Source: Hypanus sabinus (lineage: Eukaryota). Taken from it: a DNA stretch of 64,000 nucleotides. The translations under genes and the position numbers were made by a program. Below, one piece after another: positions 38,700 to 50,930 of the stretch; the stretch's first letter is position 1, and each line of letters opens with the position of its first letter. The stretch spans positions 148,428,001 to 148,492,000 of the forward strand of contig NC_082709.1 in the NCBI RefSeq assembly GCF_030144855.1, read 5' to 3'. The notes beneath the pieces are model-generated. The model had not been told where the DNA came from, ran no database searches, and was given only the letters and a program-made list of their open reading frames with translations.

Positions 38700-39473
38700 T
38701 GTTACAAGAATCACCTCTTGTAATTATAAGTGAGGCACAGACCAAGTAATTTTTATTGTCACAAATAAAATGCACCTGGTTTCACATACTAACTACACGT
38801 GTGCACCCCACTGGAATCCCTGACCCTCCAATAACAGTCAATGGAGAGAAAAGGTATTACCCAGGAAAGGAGTCTATGTTGGCCAGGCATTCCTCATGGT
38901 CCTGATCTTCACATGTCCATGCGGTCCTCCTTATCTGGAATGGCTGGTCTTTGGTTTCTGGAGAGTTATTGGCCCTTCGCATTCAGAGCTCCTGACACTT
39001 AGAGTGTTCCTCGTCAGCTGAACTGGTGGATCTCCTACCCATTGGCTCAAGGTCACCTCACCTACCTGGATCACCTTCATACTGCTTCTAGTCCAGGGCT
39101 ACAACCAACATTGTTTCATGATTCTGCCCATGCCCTACCCCCCCCCCCACCCCCCAGCCTTGTGTGTTTCAACTCTGACTGGTCTAAACAAGTTAAACAA
39201 GGCAACCCAGACAGAGTCTAACAAGATTACAGATGGCTTCTTTGGTAGGTCTGACATTTTACATAATATATAGCTACTCGTCTGAGAATGGTCTCTGGTT
39301 TACCCGATTCTCCTTGTGTCCACATTCAGTTGCTCTGTTTGGGTTATCCCAGAGCAAGGATAATTCAGAATCCACAAAATGGAGGGAAACAGAGACAATT
39401 ACTTTGTTTGCTTCCCTTGTCCATGGTTCATCAAATCCACCAATTTGTAGACTGCAGTTCCTTCTGGCCAACA
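38700..39473 (-). repeat. 3' LTR of element B
   Basis: Minus strand TGTTGG...TGTAACA; AATAAA near the U5 end; PPT GGATCAAGAGGAGGAGA abuts it. Confidence 0.85.
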
Positions 39474-39656
39474 TCTCCTCCTCTTGATCCAAAGATCATT
39501 AGGATCTTAGGATCATTATCCTCCTCTCATTCAGTTGACTGCCTGTAGTACTGCCACTTAACCCCTACATTCTATAAATAAAACTAACATTTACTAACCG
39601 AATTCATGTACTTTATACTGACAATCATCTCTGCTGTTCCATAAAAACATTATCCT

Positions 39657-41105
39657 CTATTTTTTCATTGTTTCAGGTTTCCACCTTTTCAGTTGATGTA
39701 CATTAAACATTACAATTATCAGGGTATATAAAATTATTATTACAGCAGCATGTGATACTACTCTCGCCCACGGATGTACTTAAACATTTGTTCCCTTACT
39801 CCACTAGCCTGGGTTACTCAATATTTTACTTGCCTTGCCAGCTGGTGTTTTAATTTCTTTAGTGTGGTTAGTCCATTGATGGATTATCTCCCTTGCCTCC
39901 TCCACAACACGTGTCCAGTCTGCGGTTAAGTGAAGAATTGGTGGCAACTCTGTGACAATATTGTCTCACAGATATTCATCTGTATCAGTGTGTTGGATCT
40001 TGAAATTCTCTGTCATTACTGTGACTCCTGCTGGCTGAGGCAAAGTTGGTCCCCCAAAGGCCAGATCTAATGTCACATTTCCTATGGCGACATTGTGACT
40101 TTCCAAAGGGTATGATTCCACCCCTTGGTATAACTTGCGGCTGCTGTTACTATATGCCTGTCCCAATAATACATATTGTAAGATAGACTGATTATTCACA
40201 AACAAAATAGACAATGAACAATTTTCATTAAGTACTGAAACCACAATTTGTAAGCTTCTGCTTTGTCATTTCTTCCGGACAAGACCAATGGTCTCCCCTT
40301 AATGGCATCTTAATAAATCTATCCTTTTCCCATTACCATTCATAACAATAGCATGTGTTGGTGGGTTACTTAAGGATATCCATGTATTCTCGTTATATTT
40401 ACCAATGCTGTTGGTACCCTTTCAAAGGGTAGGTTAAATTATTTTCACGTCAGGGAATGTGGAATACTGCTCCGACATAAAACCTTCCTTTACCTTCATC
40501 ATAGGTACCCAGTACTCTGTTGGTTATTGTAAGGCTTCTAATATGACTCAATAGTACCCATTCACCAACCCGTTCTTTTAACTGCTCATCTGATACCAAA
40601 TTTGGTACTTGATTTGTATCGAGTTGTAATAAATCACTGCCAATCATTGTAAGCAACCAACTAGCATATGTACCACAGATCTCAGTTTTATGCCTTTCAT
40701 TAGACATGAAGTCAATAATCAGATTTGTTGTATCTTGAAGGGGCTTCAGAAATTTAACTGTGTCCAGAGTTACTAAGGATGCATCTCTACCAATCTGATC
40801 AGTTTGTACCTGATCTTGATAATGTTTTCCAGTAATATCCAGTGTTTTCTGCTGGAGAGGCTGTATCTGTTTTTTTAAAATTCTGCTATATCTAGGGTGT
40901 TGACTGTTGCTACCCCTGAGGCATAACCTGCTCCCACTTATTCCAATATTCCTCTTTACCTTCTATTTTGACTGGCTTAAGCTCAATCCCTGCTTAGTTG
41001 TCTCCCAAGAAGGTGAGTAAATAATCGTTTCGTCATAGGTGAGCACCATTCAGGCACCATTTCAGTTAGATAAAACAATTACCTGCATGTGCTGGTACCC
41101 CTGTA
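39657..41105 (-). pseudogene. env: env of element B, F-like class I fusion protein, signal peptide deleted
   Basis: LTEMVPEWC...QNRR*R/GILE*VGAGYASGVATVNTLDIAE, HR1, TEICGTY, Cys cluster, HR2, TM VVSHAAVIIILYTLIIVMFNV, HQLKRWKPETMKK*. Confidence 0.8.
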
Positions 41106-43560
41106 CAGTGTGGTGTCTGTTATATTCGATTTTGATCTCCTCGCCTGACTCCCCCGCCCCCTCTCTGATAGTAACTAGGGGCGCAATCATGCACCGGCTC
41201 CTGTTGGAAGTGTGTTGGTGGGGGTTTCTTGGGAAATGGAGTTCCTCGTAACCATGTCTAGTAGCTTCATCTGAATTATCATGGCAATCAATACCTTCCT
41301 CTCCTCCTTCAGATCAAAAGCACGCACTATTCCTCGCTGTGCAGCAAATTGGTCCTGCAGCTTTTGCATCTGCTTTTAAACAGGGCATGATCACCAGTGT
41401 TACTCTTCCTTTCCTGTGCTGATTTCCGAATCACATTCATAGCCGTCTTTAAAGCACCACACTGTTTCCTTAATCCCTCTACTTCATCCTTCAGCTGCTT
41501 CCCCTTGCTTAACATTTTCTTTAAGTAATTTCTCACACTTCAACTGAAATTGGTTTATATGAATCAAGTCCATATCTCTCTGACCCTGTAAGTCAGTAAC
41601 CATTTCTCTAAACGTTTCTACCTCTTTCTGGAGCCTTTTGTGTTCTCTTTCTAACCTCTCTCCCTTGGCTTCTGCTTTTTGCCGAAATTCTACAAATTCC
41701 TGTTGTAACCTATCTCGCTTAGTCCTGGCTTCTGCTTTATGCGGAAATTCGTTTTCCGTTTCTAATCTGTGCCATTTTGCCTTACCATTCTGTCCTAATC
41801 CTATCAAATCTTCAATTAGACAGCCAACTGCTACAATCAAACAAGAGGGAGTCTACAGATGCTGGAAATCCAAGCAATTCACAAAATATGTTGGTGGAAC
41901 TCAGCAGGCCAGGCGGCATCTTTGGGAAAGAGTACAGTTGACATTCAGAGCTGAGACTTTTCATCAAGACTAGAGGAAAAAAGATGAGGAGTCAGAGTTA
42001 GAAGGTGGGGGAGGGGAGGAAGAAACATAAGGTGATGGTGAAAGTGGGAAGGGGAGGGAGGGGTGAAATGAACAGATAGGACATTGACTGGTGAAAGAGA
42101 TAAAGTGCTGGACTAGGGGGAATCTGATAGGAGAGGACAGAAGGCCATGGAAGCGAGAAAAGGGGGAGGAGCACCAGAGGGAGGAGATGAACAGATAAGG
42201 TGAGAGAGGGAGACAGGAACGGGCAACAGTGGAAGAGGGGCTGGGGCAACACCAGAAGTTTGAGAAATCGATGTTCATGCCATAAGGTTGGAGAAGATGT
42301 ATTCCTTCTTCAAAGAAAAGGGATTCCCTTCCTCCACCATCAACACTGCCATCAACTGCATCGCTTTCATTTCGTGCATGTCTGCCCTTGCCCCATCCTC
42401 TCACCACCTCACCAGGGATAGGGTTCCTCTTGTCCTCACCTACCACAACAGTAGCCTCTGCATCCAGCACATAATTCTCCAGAACTTATCACCAAAGGAA
42501 TCCCACCACCAAGCACATCCTTTCCTCCCTTCCCCCCTCCCCATTTTTTGCTTTCTGCAGGGATCGCTTCCTACACGGCTCCTTTGTCCATTCATCCCTC
42601 CTGGCACTTATCTTTGCAAGTGGAATAAGTGCCTCACCTGCCCCTACACCTCTTCGCTCACTACAATCAGGGCCCCAAATAGTCTTTCCAGTTGAGGCGA
42701 CGCTTCACCTATGAGTTTATTAGGGTCATCTACTGTATCTGGTGCTCATAGTGTGGCCTCCTGTATATCAGTAAGACCCGATGTAGATTGAGAGACCGCA
42801 TCTGCCAGAAAAAGCAGGCTATCCTAGTGTCGGCCCATTTTAATTCCACTTCCCATTCCCATTCCAACATGTCAATCCGTGGCCACTTCTACTGCCACAA
42901 TGAGGCCACACTTGGGTTGGAGGAACAACACCTTATATTCCATCTGGCTAGCCTCCAACCTGATGGCATGAACATAGTTTTCTCAAACTTCCAGTAATGC
43001 ACCCTCTTCACCATTTCTCAGTCCCTCTCTCACCTTTTCTCCTCCCTCTGGTGCTCCTCCACCTTCCCTTTCTTCTATGGCCTTCCATCCTCTCTTATCA
43101 GGTTCCCCCTTCTCCAGCCCTGTAACTCTTTCACCAATCAATTTCCCAGCTCTTTACTTCACCTCTCCCCCCACCTTCTTACACAGGCTCCTCGTCTTTT
43201 TTCTCCAGCCCTGATGAAGGGTCTTTGCCCAGAATGTTGACTCTTTGGTCTGCTGAGTTCCTCCAGCATTTTGTATGTATTGCAGCAAACTGCCACTGGT
43301 GTTTGTAATTGTTTAAACTTACTACCTGACTGCTTCCCTTGGACAATTTGACAAGGGGGATCTCCAGCAGTTTTCTATTCACAGCCAGGGTGACCAACAA
43401 ACTCCTCATATTGCGGCCAGTTCCCCAGCACGTATTTCTGGAGTTATCTCTTCCAATCAAAACATTCCAAATCCTTTGGATTTGCAGAATTTCCTGAATT
43501 CCTCATCCTGGGTTAGTACCTGCTAACTACCCAGTTCCAGATCTCTCTGTACCTCACCAT
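41106..43560 (-). pseudogene. gag: Truncated gag of element B (split by a Penelope insertion)
   Basis: EEFRKFCKSKG; EFRQKAEAK...DLQGQRDMDLIHINQFQLKCEKL; LQDQFAAQRGIV; all homologous to element A. Confidence 0.75.
41835..43282. mobile_element. Penelope-like element with inverted arm, 14-bp TSD
   Basis: Minus arm 41835-42290, plus arm 42290-43282 with GIY-YIG tail (HFNSTSHS...EEQHLIFHLASLQPDGMN); flanks CAGCCAACTGCTAC / CAGCAAACTGCCAC. Confidence 0.85.
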
Positions 43561-43614
43561 GTGGACCAACTCAAGTTCAGTCTCCCACTGAACAAAGAGA
43601 TTTATCCTTGAGTT

Positions 43615-43630
43615 CCCAACAGGGACGCCA
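43615..43630 (-). promoter_or_regulatory. tRNA-Asn-type PBS of element B
   Basis: TGGCGTCCCTGTTGGG; first 11 nt identical to the complement of the vertebrate tRNA-Asn(GUU) 3' end. Confidence 0.75.
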
Positions 43631-43636
43631 ATATTC

Positions 43637-44428
43637 TGTTCCACAAATCACTCCTTGTAATAATAATGAGTGAGGCACAGGAAATCTGGATTTACCAACA
43701 AGTAACTTTTATTGTCACAACTAAAAAGCACACGGGTTCACAAACTAACCACTTGTGTGCACGACCACTAGAATCCCTGACTCTCCAATAACAGTCAATG
43801 AAGACAGAAGATATTACCCAGGAAATGAGTCTACAGTGGCCAGGTGTTCCTCATAGTCCCGATCTCCATGTGTCCATATGGTGCTACTTATCCACAGTGG
43901 TTGGTCTCTGGTTGCTGGAGAGTTAAAGCTGCTATGTATTTGGAGCTCCTGACTCCTAGGGTGTTTCTCATCTGTTGAACTGCTGGATCTTCATCCCACG
44001 GGCTTAAGGTCACCTCACCTACCTGGGTCGCCTTCTCAGTGGTTCTAGTCCAGGGCTACAGCCAACATTGTTTCATGGTTCTGCCCCACCCCCAGTTTGA
44101 TGCATGATGACTGATCCAAACCAGCGAAACTAGGTGACCCAGATAGATTATAATGAGATTACAGATTGCCTCTTTAGTAGGTCTGGCATTTTACATAATG
44201 AATAGCTGCTTGTCTGAGAATGGTCTCCGGTTTAGCAGGTCGTTACCTGAAGCTCCTTGTGTCCACATTCAGTTGCTCTGATTGGGTTATCCCAGAGCAA
44301 GAATCAATTGAGAATCCACAAAATGGGGGGGGGGGGGGGGGAAACAGAGACAATTGGTTTGTCTGCTTTCCCAGTCCTTGATTAATTGGAACCGCTAATT
44401 TGTAGACTGTAGTTCCTTCTGGCTGACA
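43637..44428 (-). repeat. 5' LTR of element B
   Basis: Colinear with 38700-39473, roughly three-quarters identical by eye; minus strand starts TGTCAG. Confidence 0.85.
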
Positions 44429-44959
44429 GAGCCCTGCCATAATAACAGGCTGTTGTATTTACTATAGACTTCTGACTTACTCATCTATAGTTCTGGTTCC
44501 TCTCTCTGACCAGTCCTAAATATCTAGGTTACATTTCTTTCCTTTAAGTCTGTAGGAATCATTTCCGAATCAATCACATTTTGGAAGATAACAACCAGTT
44601 TAACTTTAGAAGTGCCACTCCAATTCTGTAGGATAGCAGATCATCTGTTGTTGCTGATGAACTAGACACTGACAACTTGCACAGGTTCCTCAATCACACT
44701 GTATTTACTTGTGCACAGGGAGAACAGTACTTCCCCTGTAACCACACTGCTCTGAAGTTTGAACAAAAGAATGCAATTTTTAAACAGAAAGTTACTAGTT
44801 ATATACAAATATTTATCCAATAGAAATTTTGTGCAGTTCTTAAGTACCAATCATAATACATATTTTAGGTGTTAGTAACTAATTAAATCTGCATATTAGA
44901 GGCCAATAATACTGGAATTAATAATATAACTGTGCTAGAATCCTTTGTTTGCGGCTTTA

Positions 44960-45167
44960 TTTTGTCTGGGATTGCTTAGTGATCTGGGTTCCCAGTATTG
45001 GGAAATCGCGTACTAGGCAAGTTACAGCAATGGTTTGCCATTGCCTTCTGCCAGGTGAGTTTTTTTTAAAGAGCTCACCAGCTCTTAACAGGAGCCAGCG
45101 GGATTCGAACTCTGGATCTCTCGCCCCAAAGTCCAGCGCTGATGTCACTATGCCACCAGCTGGCCCC
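44960..45167 (-). mobile_element. tRNA-headed SINE with RTE-type 3' part
   Basis: Minus strand GGTGGCATAGTG A-box, GAGTTCGAATCCC B-box, GAAGGCAATGGCAAACC RTE-like motif. Confidence 0.7.
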
Positions 45168-45929
45168 AATAGCCATTGTTATTTAAGTTTTCCGCTTCAG
45201 GACAGCTAAGTTAATATCATGACATTAGTAAAATTATGATTGGTTGGTGTTACCAAAGCAATGGTTGAAAGTCATTTCAATGATGTTATCTATGGATTTG
45301 TTGAATATATTGGACAAACAGTAAGCTGGTGTGTTTGTATCTGTGGTATAGTTCCTTGTGGTAAATGTCAAGCTAAAAACAAGTCCATGGCAGCATACCA
45401 CAAGAAAATGGTTCAGAAGTACAGTGGGTTCCCATGACCATTTCCTTCACTTTTTTTAGTGTTGAAGGCAGATCTACATCACTACACTTTCTTGACAACT
45501 TGGCATTACAAGGATTCATAGTATGCAACCAAGAATGGATGTTATTAAAACTTGCAATAGGGTAGAGGAGGGCATGCAGTCATAAAATAAGTCCTCAGCA
45601 AGTTTCAGGATCCTGACCATTCTACTGTGGAGCCAGATCAAAGGTTGGGGTTTCTCTACAGAATAAGTAAGGATCACTTCCATTGTTCACATTGATTCAA
45701 GGTCAGGGGCCTTGGGGTAGATTGGAGGCTTGTCAGGTGTCTGAGTCATCATCTGTCAGAAACATCATTGTGGTTGAAAAGAGGTAGGCAGTATTAATTG
45801 TGCATCTTTCCTGCAACTGTTTTAAACCACAAACTACTTTGTTACTGCTGATAAAGATGTTCCATTAATCTAACTATATTTAATTATTATAAGGTGATGC
45901 AGTTGCGTGCATGATAAGGTAGAAACTTT

Positions 45930-46560
45930 TACAGCCGTTCTTTTCCTTTAAGGTTCAAAGTACATTTATTATCAAATTTTTTTACTATGTACAACCTTGA
46001 GATTCATCTCCTTACAAGCAGTCACAAAACAAAGAAACCCATTGATCTCCAACATGCAGAGAAAAGAAATCTTACGAACAATGAAGTAAGAAAATAACAT
46101 ACAGAACTGAAATTCATGGAAGTGAATCCACAGCTGTGAAGACAGTCGTCACTGCAGCCAGTCCAGGAGCCTCTTAGTTGCAGGCCACAGCCGAAGTTCA
46201 GCGCAGGGACGAGTAAACCTTACAGAGCATTGAGCTGAATGACAGCCCATACCTCTCCTCTGGCCAGATATCCTGACCTATTCAATCTGACCTGGTGCTT
46301 AAATTGGCCAAATCTCATCTCATTCCTCGCTCTTGGACACGGGCCCTGCTGCTTCAATATGCTGTCGGGCCTGGTCCCCACTGCCTCAATTCGACCCATA
46401 CCCCTCCTTTCCAATCTGGCCGATGCTTAAATTGTCTAAACAACAGATCTTTCCTTGCTCTCAGGCCCAGGCCTGGGCTCCACCACCTCAACTCTGCTTC
46501 ATAAGGGCAACAATCATGCCAGTGTCCAGTAGGAGTAGACCTTAACAGCTGTAGTACTTA
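45930..46560 (-). mobile_element. LINE 3' UTR/tail
   Basis: GGTTCAAAGTACATTTATTATC tail start. Confidence 0.5.
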
Positions 46561-46589
46561 CAATACATCCATGCTGATGAAGAGCTTTG

Positions 46590-47805
46590 AGAGTTTGGTC
46601 ATGGCTAGAATCAGTTCCTTCCTAAGCAGGGACCTGGGCTCTCTGCAATGTGCCTATCGCCACCGCGGATGCAATCTCATTGGCTCTTCACATGGCCTTG
46701 GATCATGTGGACGATATTAATACTTGCATCAAGCTGCTGTTTATTGACTTCATCTCAGCATTTAACCAAACGTTCCTACAAAGCTCCAAAACCTGCAGCT
46801 CTCCACTTCGCTCTGCAAATGGATCCTCAGTTTCCTCACCGGAAGACCACGGTCTGAGCAGATCAGAAATAACAAATTTACCTTGCTAATAATCACACTG
46901 GTGCACCTCAAGGATGTGTGCTTGGCCCACTGCTCTACTCTCTCTACACCCATGGCTGTGCGGCTAGCCACAGTTCAAATGCCATTTCTAAATTTGTTAA
47001 TGACACAACTATTTTTGGCAGACTTTAAGATGGTGAAGAGAAGGCGTACAGGAGCTGGTTGAGTGGTTTTGCAGAACAACCCTGCGCTCAATGTCATTGA
47101 GACCAAAGAATTGATTGTGGACTTTAGAAAGGGTAAGAAGAGGGAACACACACCAATCCTCATTGACAGATCAGAAGCGGAAAGGGTGAGCGTTCCTGTG
47201 TGTCAGCATCTCTGAAGATCTCTCCTAGGCCCAACATATCGATGCAGTTACAAAGAAGGCACAGCAGTGGCTATATTTCTATAGTTTTTGATGTATCACT
47301 TAATGACACCTGCAAATTTCTACAGTTGTACTGCGGAGAGCATTCTAACTGGCTGTATCACCATCTGTATACGGGGGTTGGAAGGCACTACTCAGGATCA
47401 CAATGAACTGCGGAAAGCTGTGAACTTTTATCAGCTCATCACAGCCACTAGCCTCCCAGCATCCAGGACATCTTCAAGGAGGAATGCCTCAAAAAGGCGG
47501 CATCTATTATTAAGGACCCCCATCACCTAGGACATGCCCTCTTCTCACTGCTACAATCAGGGAGGAGATACAGGAGCCTGAAGGCACACATTCAATGTTT
47601 CAGGAATACCTTCTTCCACTCTGCCATCAGATTTCTGAATTGAACCCATGAACACTACACCACTACTTTTTTTCTCTAATTAATTTAATTTTTAAATATA
47701 TTCATACTTACTGTAATTTTCAGTGTCTATTATTATGCATTGTAATGTACTATTGCCATATCACAACAAATTTCACGACACACGTCGGTGATATTAAACC
47801 TGGTT
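46590..47805 (+). mobile_element. Rex1/Babar LINE
   Basis: LLFIDFISAFN; GAPQGCVL; AAACCTGGTTCTGATTCT tail. Confidence 0.8.
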
Positions 47806-48344
47806 CTGATTCTCTGCCTCACCTTGGTTCTGTCACATCGAATCACCTCCAAGTCTGCTCCAACAATGGCTGATCATTAGTTCGTTCTCTGCTCTCAGGC
47901 CTGGGTGCTACTGCCTCCCTTCAGCATGTGCTTGCCACCCCACAACTGTCCTGCACCCTCAAGACTTCAGTTCACACCACGAGAAGGCCAAGTTATGTAG
48001 GTGGTTGAAAGGCTCAACTCTGAAATGAAAATTACAGCCTGCATTGATTGTATCTCAGAAAAAGTGTCACAACGTTGTACTCATCCTGAGGACCACCTTC
48101 ACATGAGGCTGTATTAGGCAACATGTGGACCAAGGTCACTGTGTGTAAAGGTCCTACCTGTCCTTTGTCCTGCAGGAAGGTAGGTGTGGTCCTGTTACCA
48201 CACAATGTCCCACTCTGCAGGACATTGCTGCAATATCTGTCCTTTTGAAGAGTACTTCCAAATAAAACACCTTTGACCACCAGTCCAACATGCACTGGTC
48301 GGCATGGAATGCCCGGTAGACATTATGGGACAGGAACACTATGG

Positions 48345-49100
48345 ATATGGTAGAGCAATGCAGAACCAAGTGATTAACACAAAACATCATCAAAACTATC
48401 TAATGGAAGACCAACAAATTTATGAAAATGCCTAGAGAAACCCGAAACAATCCAACACATTACAGGATCCTGTAGCAGTTTAACTCAATCTGATGACTTA
48501 CACAGGCACAATCAAGTGGCAAGCATCATTCACTAAAATGTTGCTTTAAAGCACAAATTCATAAAAGACTCCATACCATATGAGCCTGATCCAGATTTAG
48601 AGTCAGGGTCCAAAAATTGTATTACAACTGGTCCATTATTACAGATAGGACAATCCATAATAACCACCCAGATATAGTATTACAGGATAAACAAGCAACA
48701 ACAACAAAATAGATAGAACCATTCCAAACAGACATAACATTCAGAAATCAATGTGAAAAACACCAGAAATATGCTGAATTAAAAGAGGAAATTGAAAGAC
48801 TATGGAACATGAACGGGATATACAGTAGATTGTTGCAATAGTGCTATCATTAACAAGGTATACATTGTTGCAATAGTAATAGCATTAAACAATTAGGCCT
48901 AATTGGCAATATTTATGTAAATAACCATTGCTATGTAGTTATTGTGGCTTTCTGGAGATAGATGTAAATCTCCAGAAAGCCACAATACTAAACACCACTA
49001 AAACAGTCCGACACTTCCTGGCAATTGAGAAGTGAGTGTGCTTGGCTATGCCAGTAGCTCAGATTTTTCCAGCTTGGGCCAAGAAAAAAATAAAGGCAAT
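48345..49100 (+). mobile_element. R4/Dong-clade non-LTR element 3' end (restriction-like endonuclease)
   Basis: KC.EKPETIQHITGSC...LHRHNQVASIIH; WSIITDRTIHNNHPDIVLQDK; EKHQKYAELKEEIERLW. Confidence 0.8.
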
Positions 49101-50930
49101 AATAATAAATAAATATGGAGAACATGAGATGAAGTGTCCTTGAACTGAGTCCATAGATTGTGGGAATAGTTCAGTGATGGGGCGAGTGACGTTATCCCCT
49201 CTGGTTTAACAGCTTGATAGTTGAGGGGTAATAACTCTTTTTGAACCTCTACCTTTTGGCTGGCAGCAGTGAGAAGAGAGCATGACCTGAATGGCGGGGG
49301 TCCTTGATGATGGATGTTGCTTTCCTGCAATAGCACTCAGTGAAGATGTGCTCAGGAGGGGTTTACCCAGGATGAACTGGCTTGTGTCCATTACTTTTAG
49401 CAGGATTTTCTGTTCAAGGGCATTGACGTTTCCATACCAGGCCATGATGCAACCAGTAAATATACTCTCCATCACATATCTGTAGAGTTTGTCAAAGGTT
49501 TAGATGTCATGCTGAGTTTTTGCAAACTCCATCGCTGCTGTACTGGACCCAGGACAGACCCTCAAGCAGCATAACGAAGAATTTAAGGTTGTTGATTCCT
49601 TCCACCTCTGATCTCTCAATGAGGACTCACTCTTGGGCCTCCAGTTTCCTGTTACTGAAGCCAATAGTCATCTCATTGCTCTTGATGACATTGAATGAGA
49701 GATTGTTACTGTGGCACCTCTCAGCCAGATTTTCAATCTGCCTCCTATATGCTGGTTCGTCACCACCTTTGACAGCGCTGTCGTCAACAATATGGCATTG
49801 GAGCTGTGCTTAGCTTCACAGTCATAACTATAATGTGTGAAGAGCAAAGGGGTTAACACACAGCCCTGGGTCTGCAAGTGAGTGTTCTGGGGATCCAGTT
49901 ATACAAGCAAGTATTGAGGTCTTGGAGCTTATTGATTGGTTTTGAGGGGACAATGGTACTGAATGCTGAGCTGTAGTCGATGAAGAGCATCCTGATGCAT
50001 GCATCTTTGCTGTCCAGATGTTCCAGGGTCCAGTGAAGAGCCAATGACATAGTATGCGCTCTTGATCTGTTGCAAATTAGAGGAGGCTCAAGTCACTTCT
50101 CCGGTGACAGTTGATATGTTTCATCGTCAATCTCTCAAAGCACTTCATCACAGTGGATGTGAGTGCTACTGGATGATAGTTACTGAGGCAGATTATCACA
50201 TTCTTCTTAGGCACTGGTATAATCGAGTCCTGTTTTAAACAGCTACATACCTCAGACTGCCAAAATGAGCAGTTAAAGATCTCAGAGAACACTTCAGCCA
50301 GTTGATCAATACAGGCCTTGGTACTTGGCCAGGTACCCCGTCTGGGCTGGATGCTTTCCGTAGGTTCACCCTCCTGAAGGATGCTGTCAGGTCAGCTTCA
50401 GAGACTGAAATCACAAGGTCATCGGGGGCTGTGGGAGCTTGCAAAAGTGACTCCGTGTTTTGACAGTCAAAGTGAGCGTAGAAGGCATTGAGCTCATCTG
50501 GGAGCAAAGCCCTGTTGTCACCCATGTCACTTGTTTTCACTTTGTAGAAGGTGATAGCATTCATGTCGTACCACAAATGTCGAGCATTCTTCAATGATTC
50601 AGGTTTGGTCAGGAATTGCCACTTTGCATGTGACATGGCTTTCCAATAATTTACCTGGTCCTCTTGTATTTTGGTTGATCACCAGGGCTGAGTGCCACTG
50701 ATGCATTTTTGGGGTGGGACTGGAGTCTCACTGGGGCAGGACATTTGCAGCATGTCTGGGCTGGAGTTGTTGGAGTGAACTTGGAGGCAATTTGATGCAG
50801 TGGTACCAAGGCATAGGAAGATCTGAGGTTTGATCGATTTAAGAGCCAAGCTGAATTGGAAAGATCGAGTACTGGCCACAGAGCTCAAGCCCAAGGACAC
50901 AAAATGTAATGTGGAGACTTTATAAAGCAC
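49100..50930 (-). mobile_element. Rex1/Babar LINE (degenerate, internally deleted)
   Basis: LPDELNAFYAHFD; YHPVALTSTVMKCFERL; MLFIDYSSAFSTIVP. Confidence 0.85.

Larger units (their letters stand above)
38700..44428 (-). mobile_element. Retrovirus-like element B: two-LTR provirus, pol deleted (lokiretrovirus-like)
   Basis: Direct-repeat LTRs, PBS at 43615-43630, PPT at 39474-39490, gag joined to env, candidate 4-bp TSD GAGT/GAGC. Confidence 0.85.

Noticed and set aside
39657-41105. Element B env as a domesticated, syncytin-like gene
   Set aside because: Multiple stops and frameshifts, stops in the furin site and fusion peptide, and a deleted signal peptide.
44955-45170. tRNA gene
   Set aside because: A/B boxes continue into a SINE body; no cloverleaf 3' acceptor stem.
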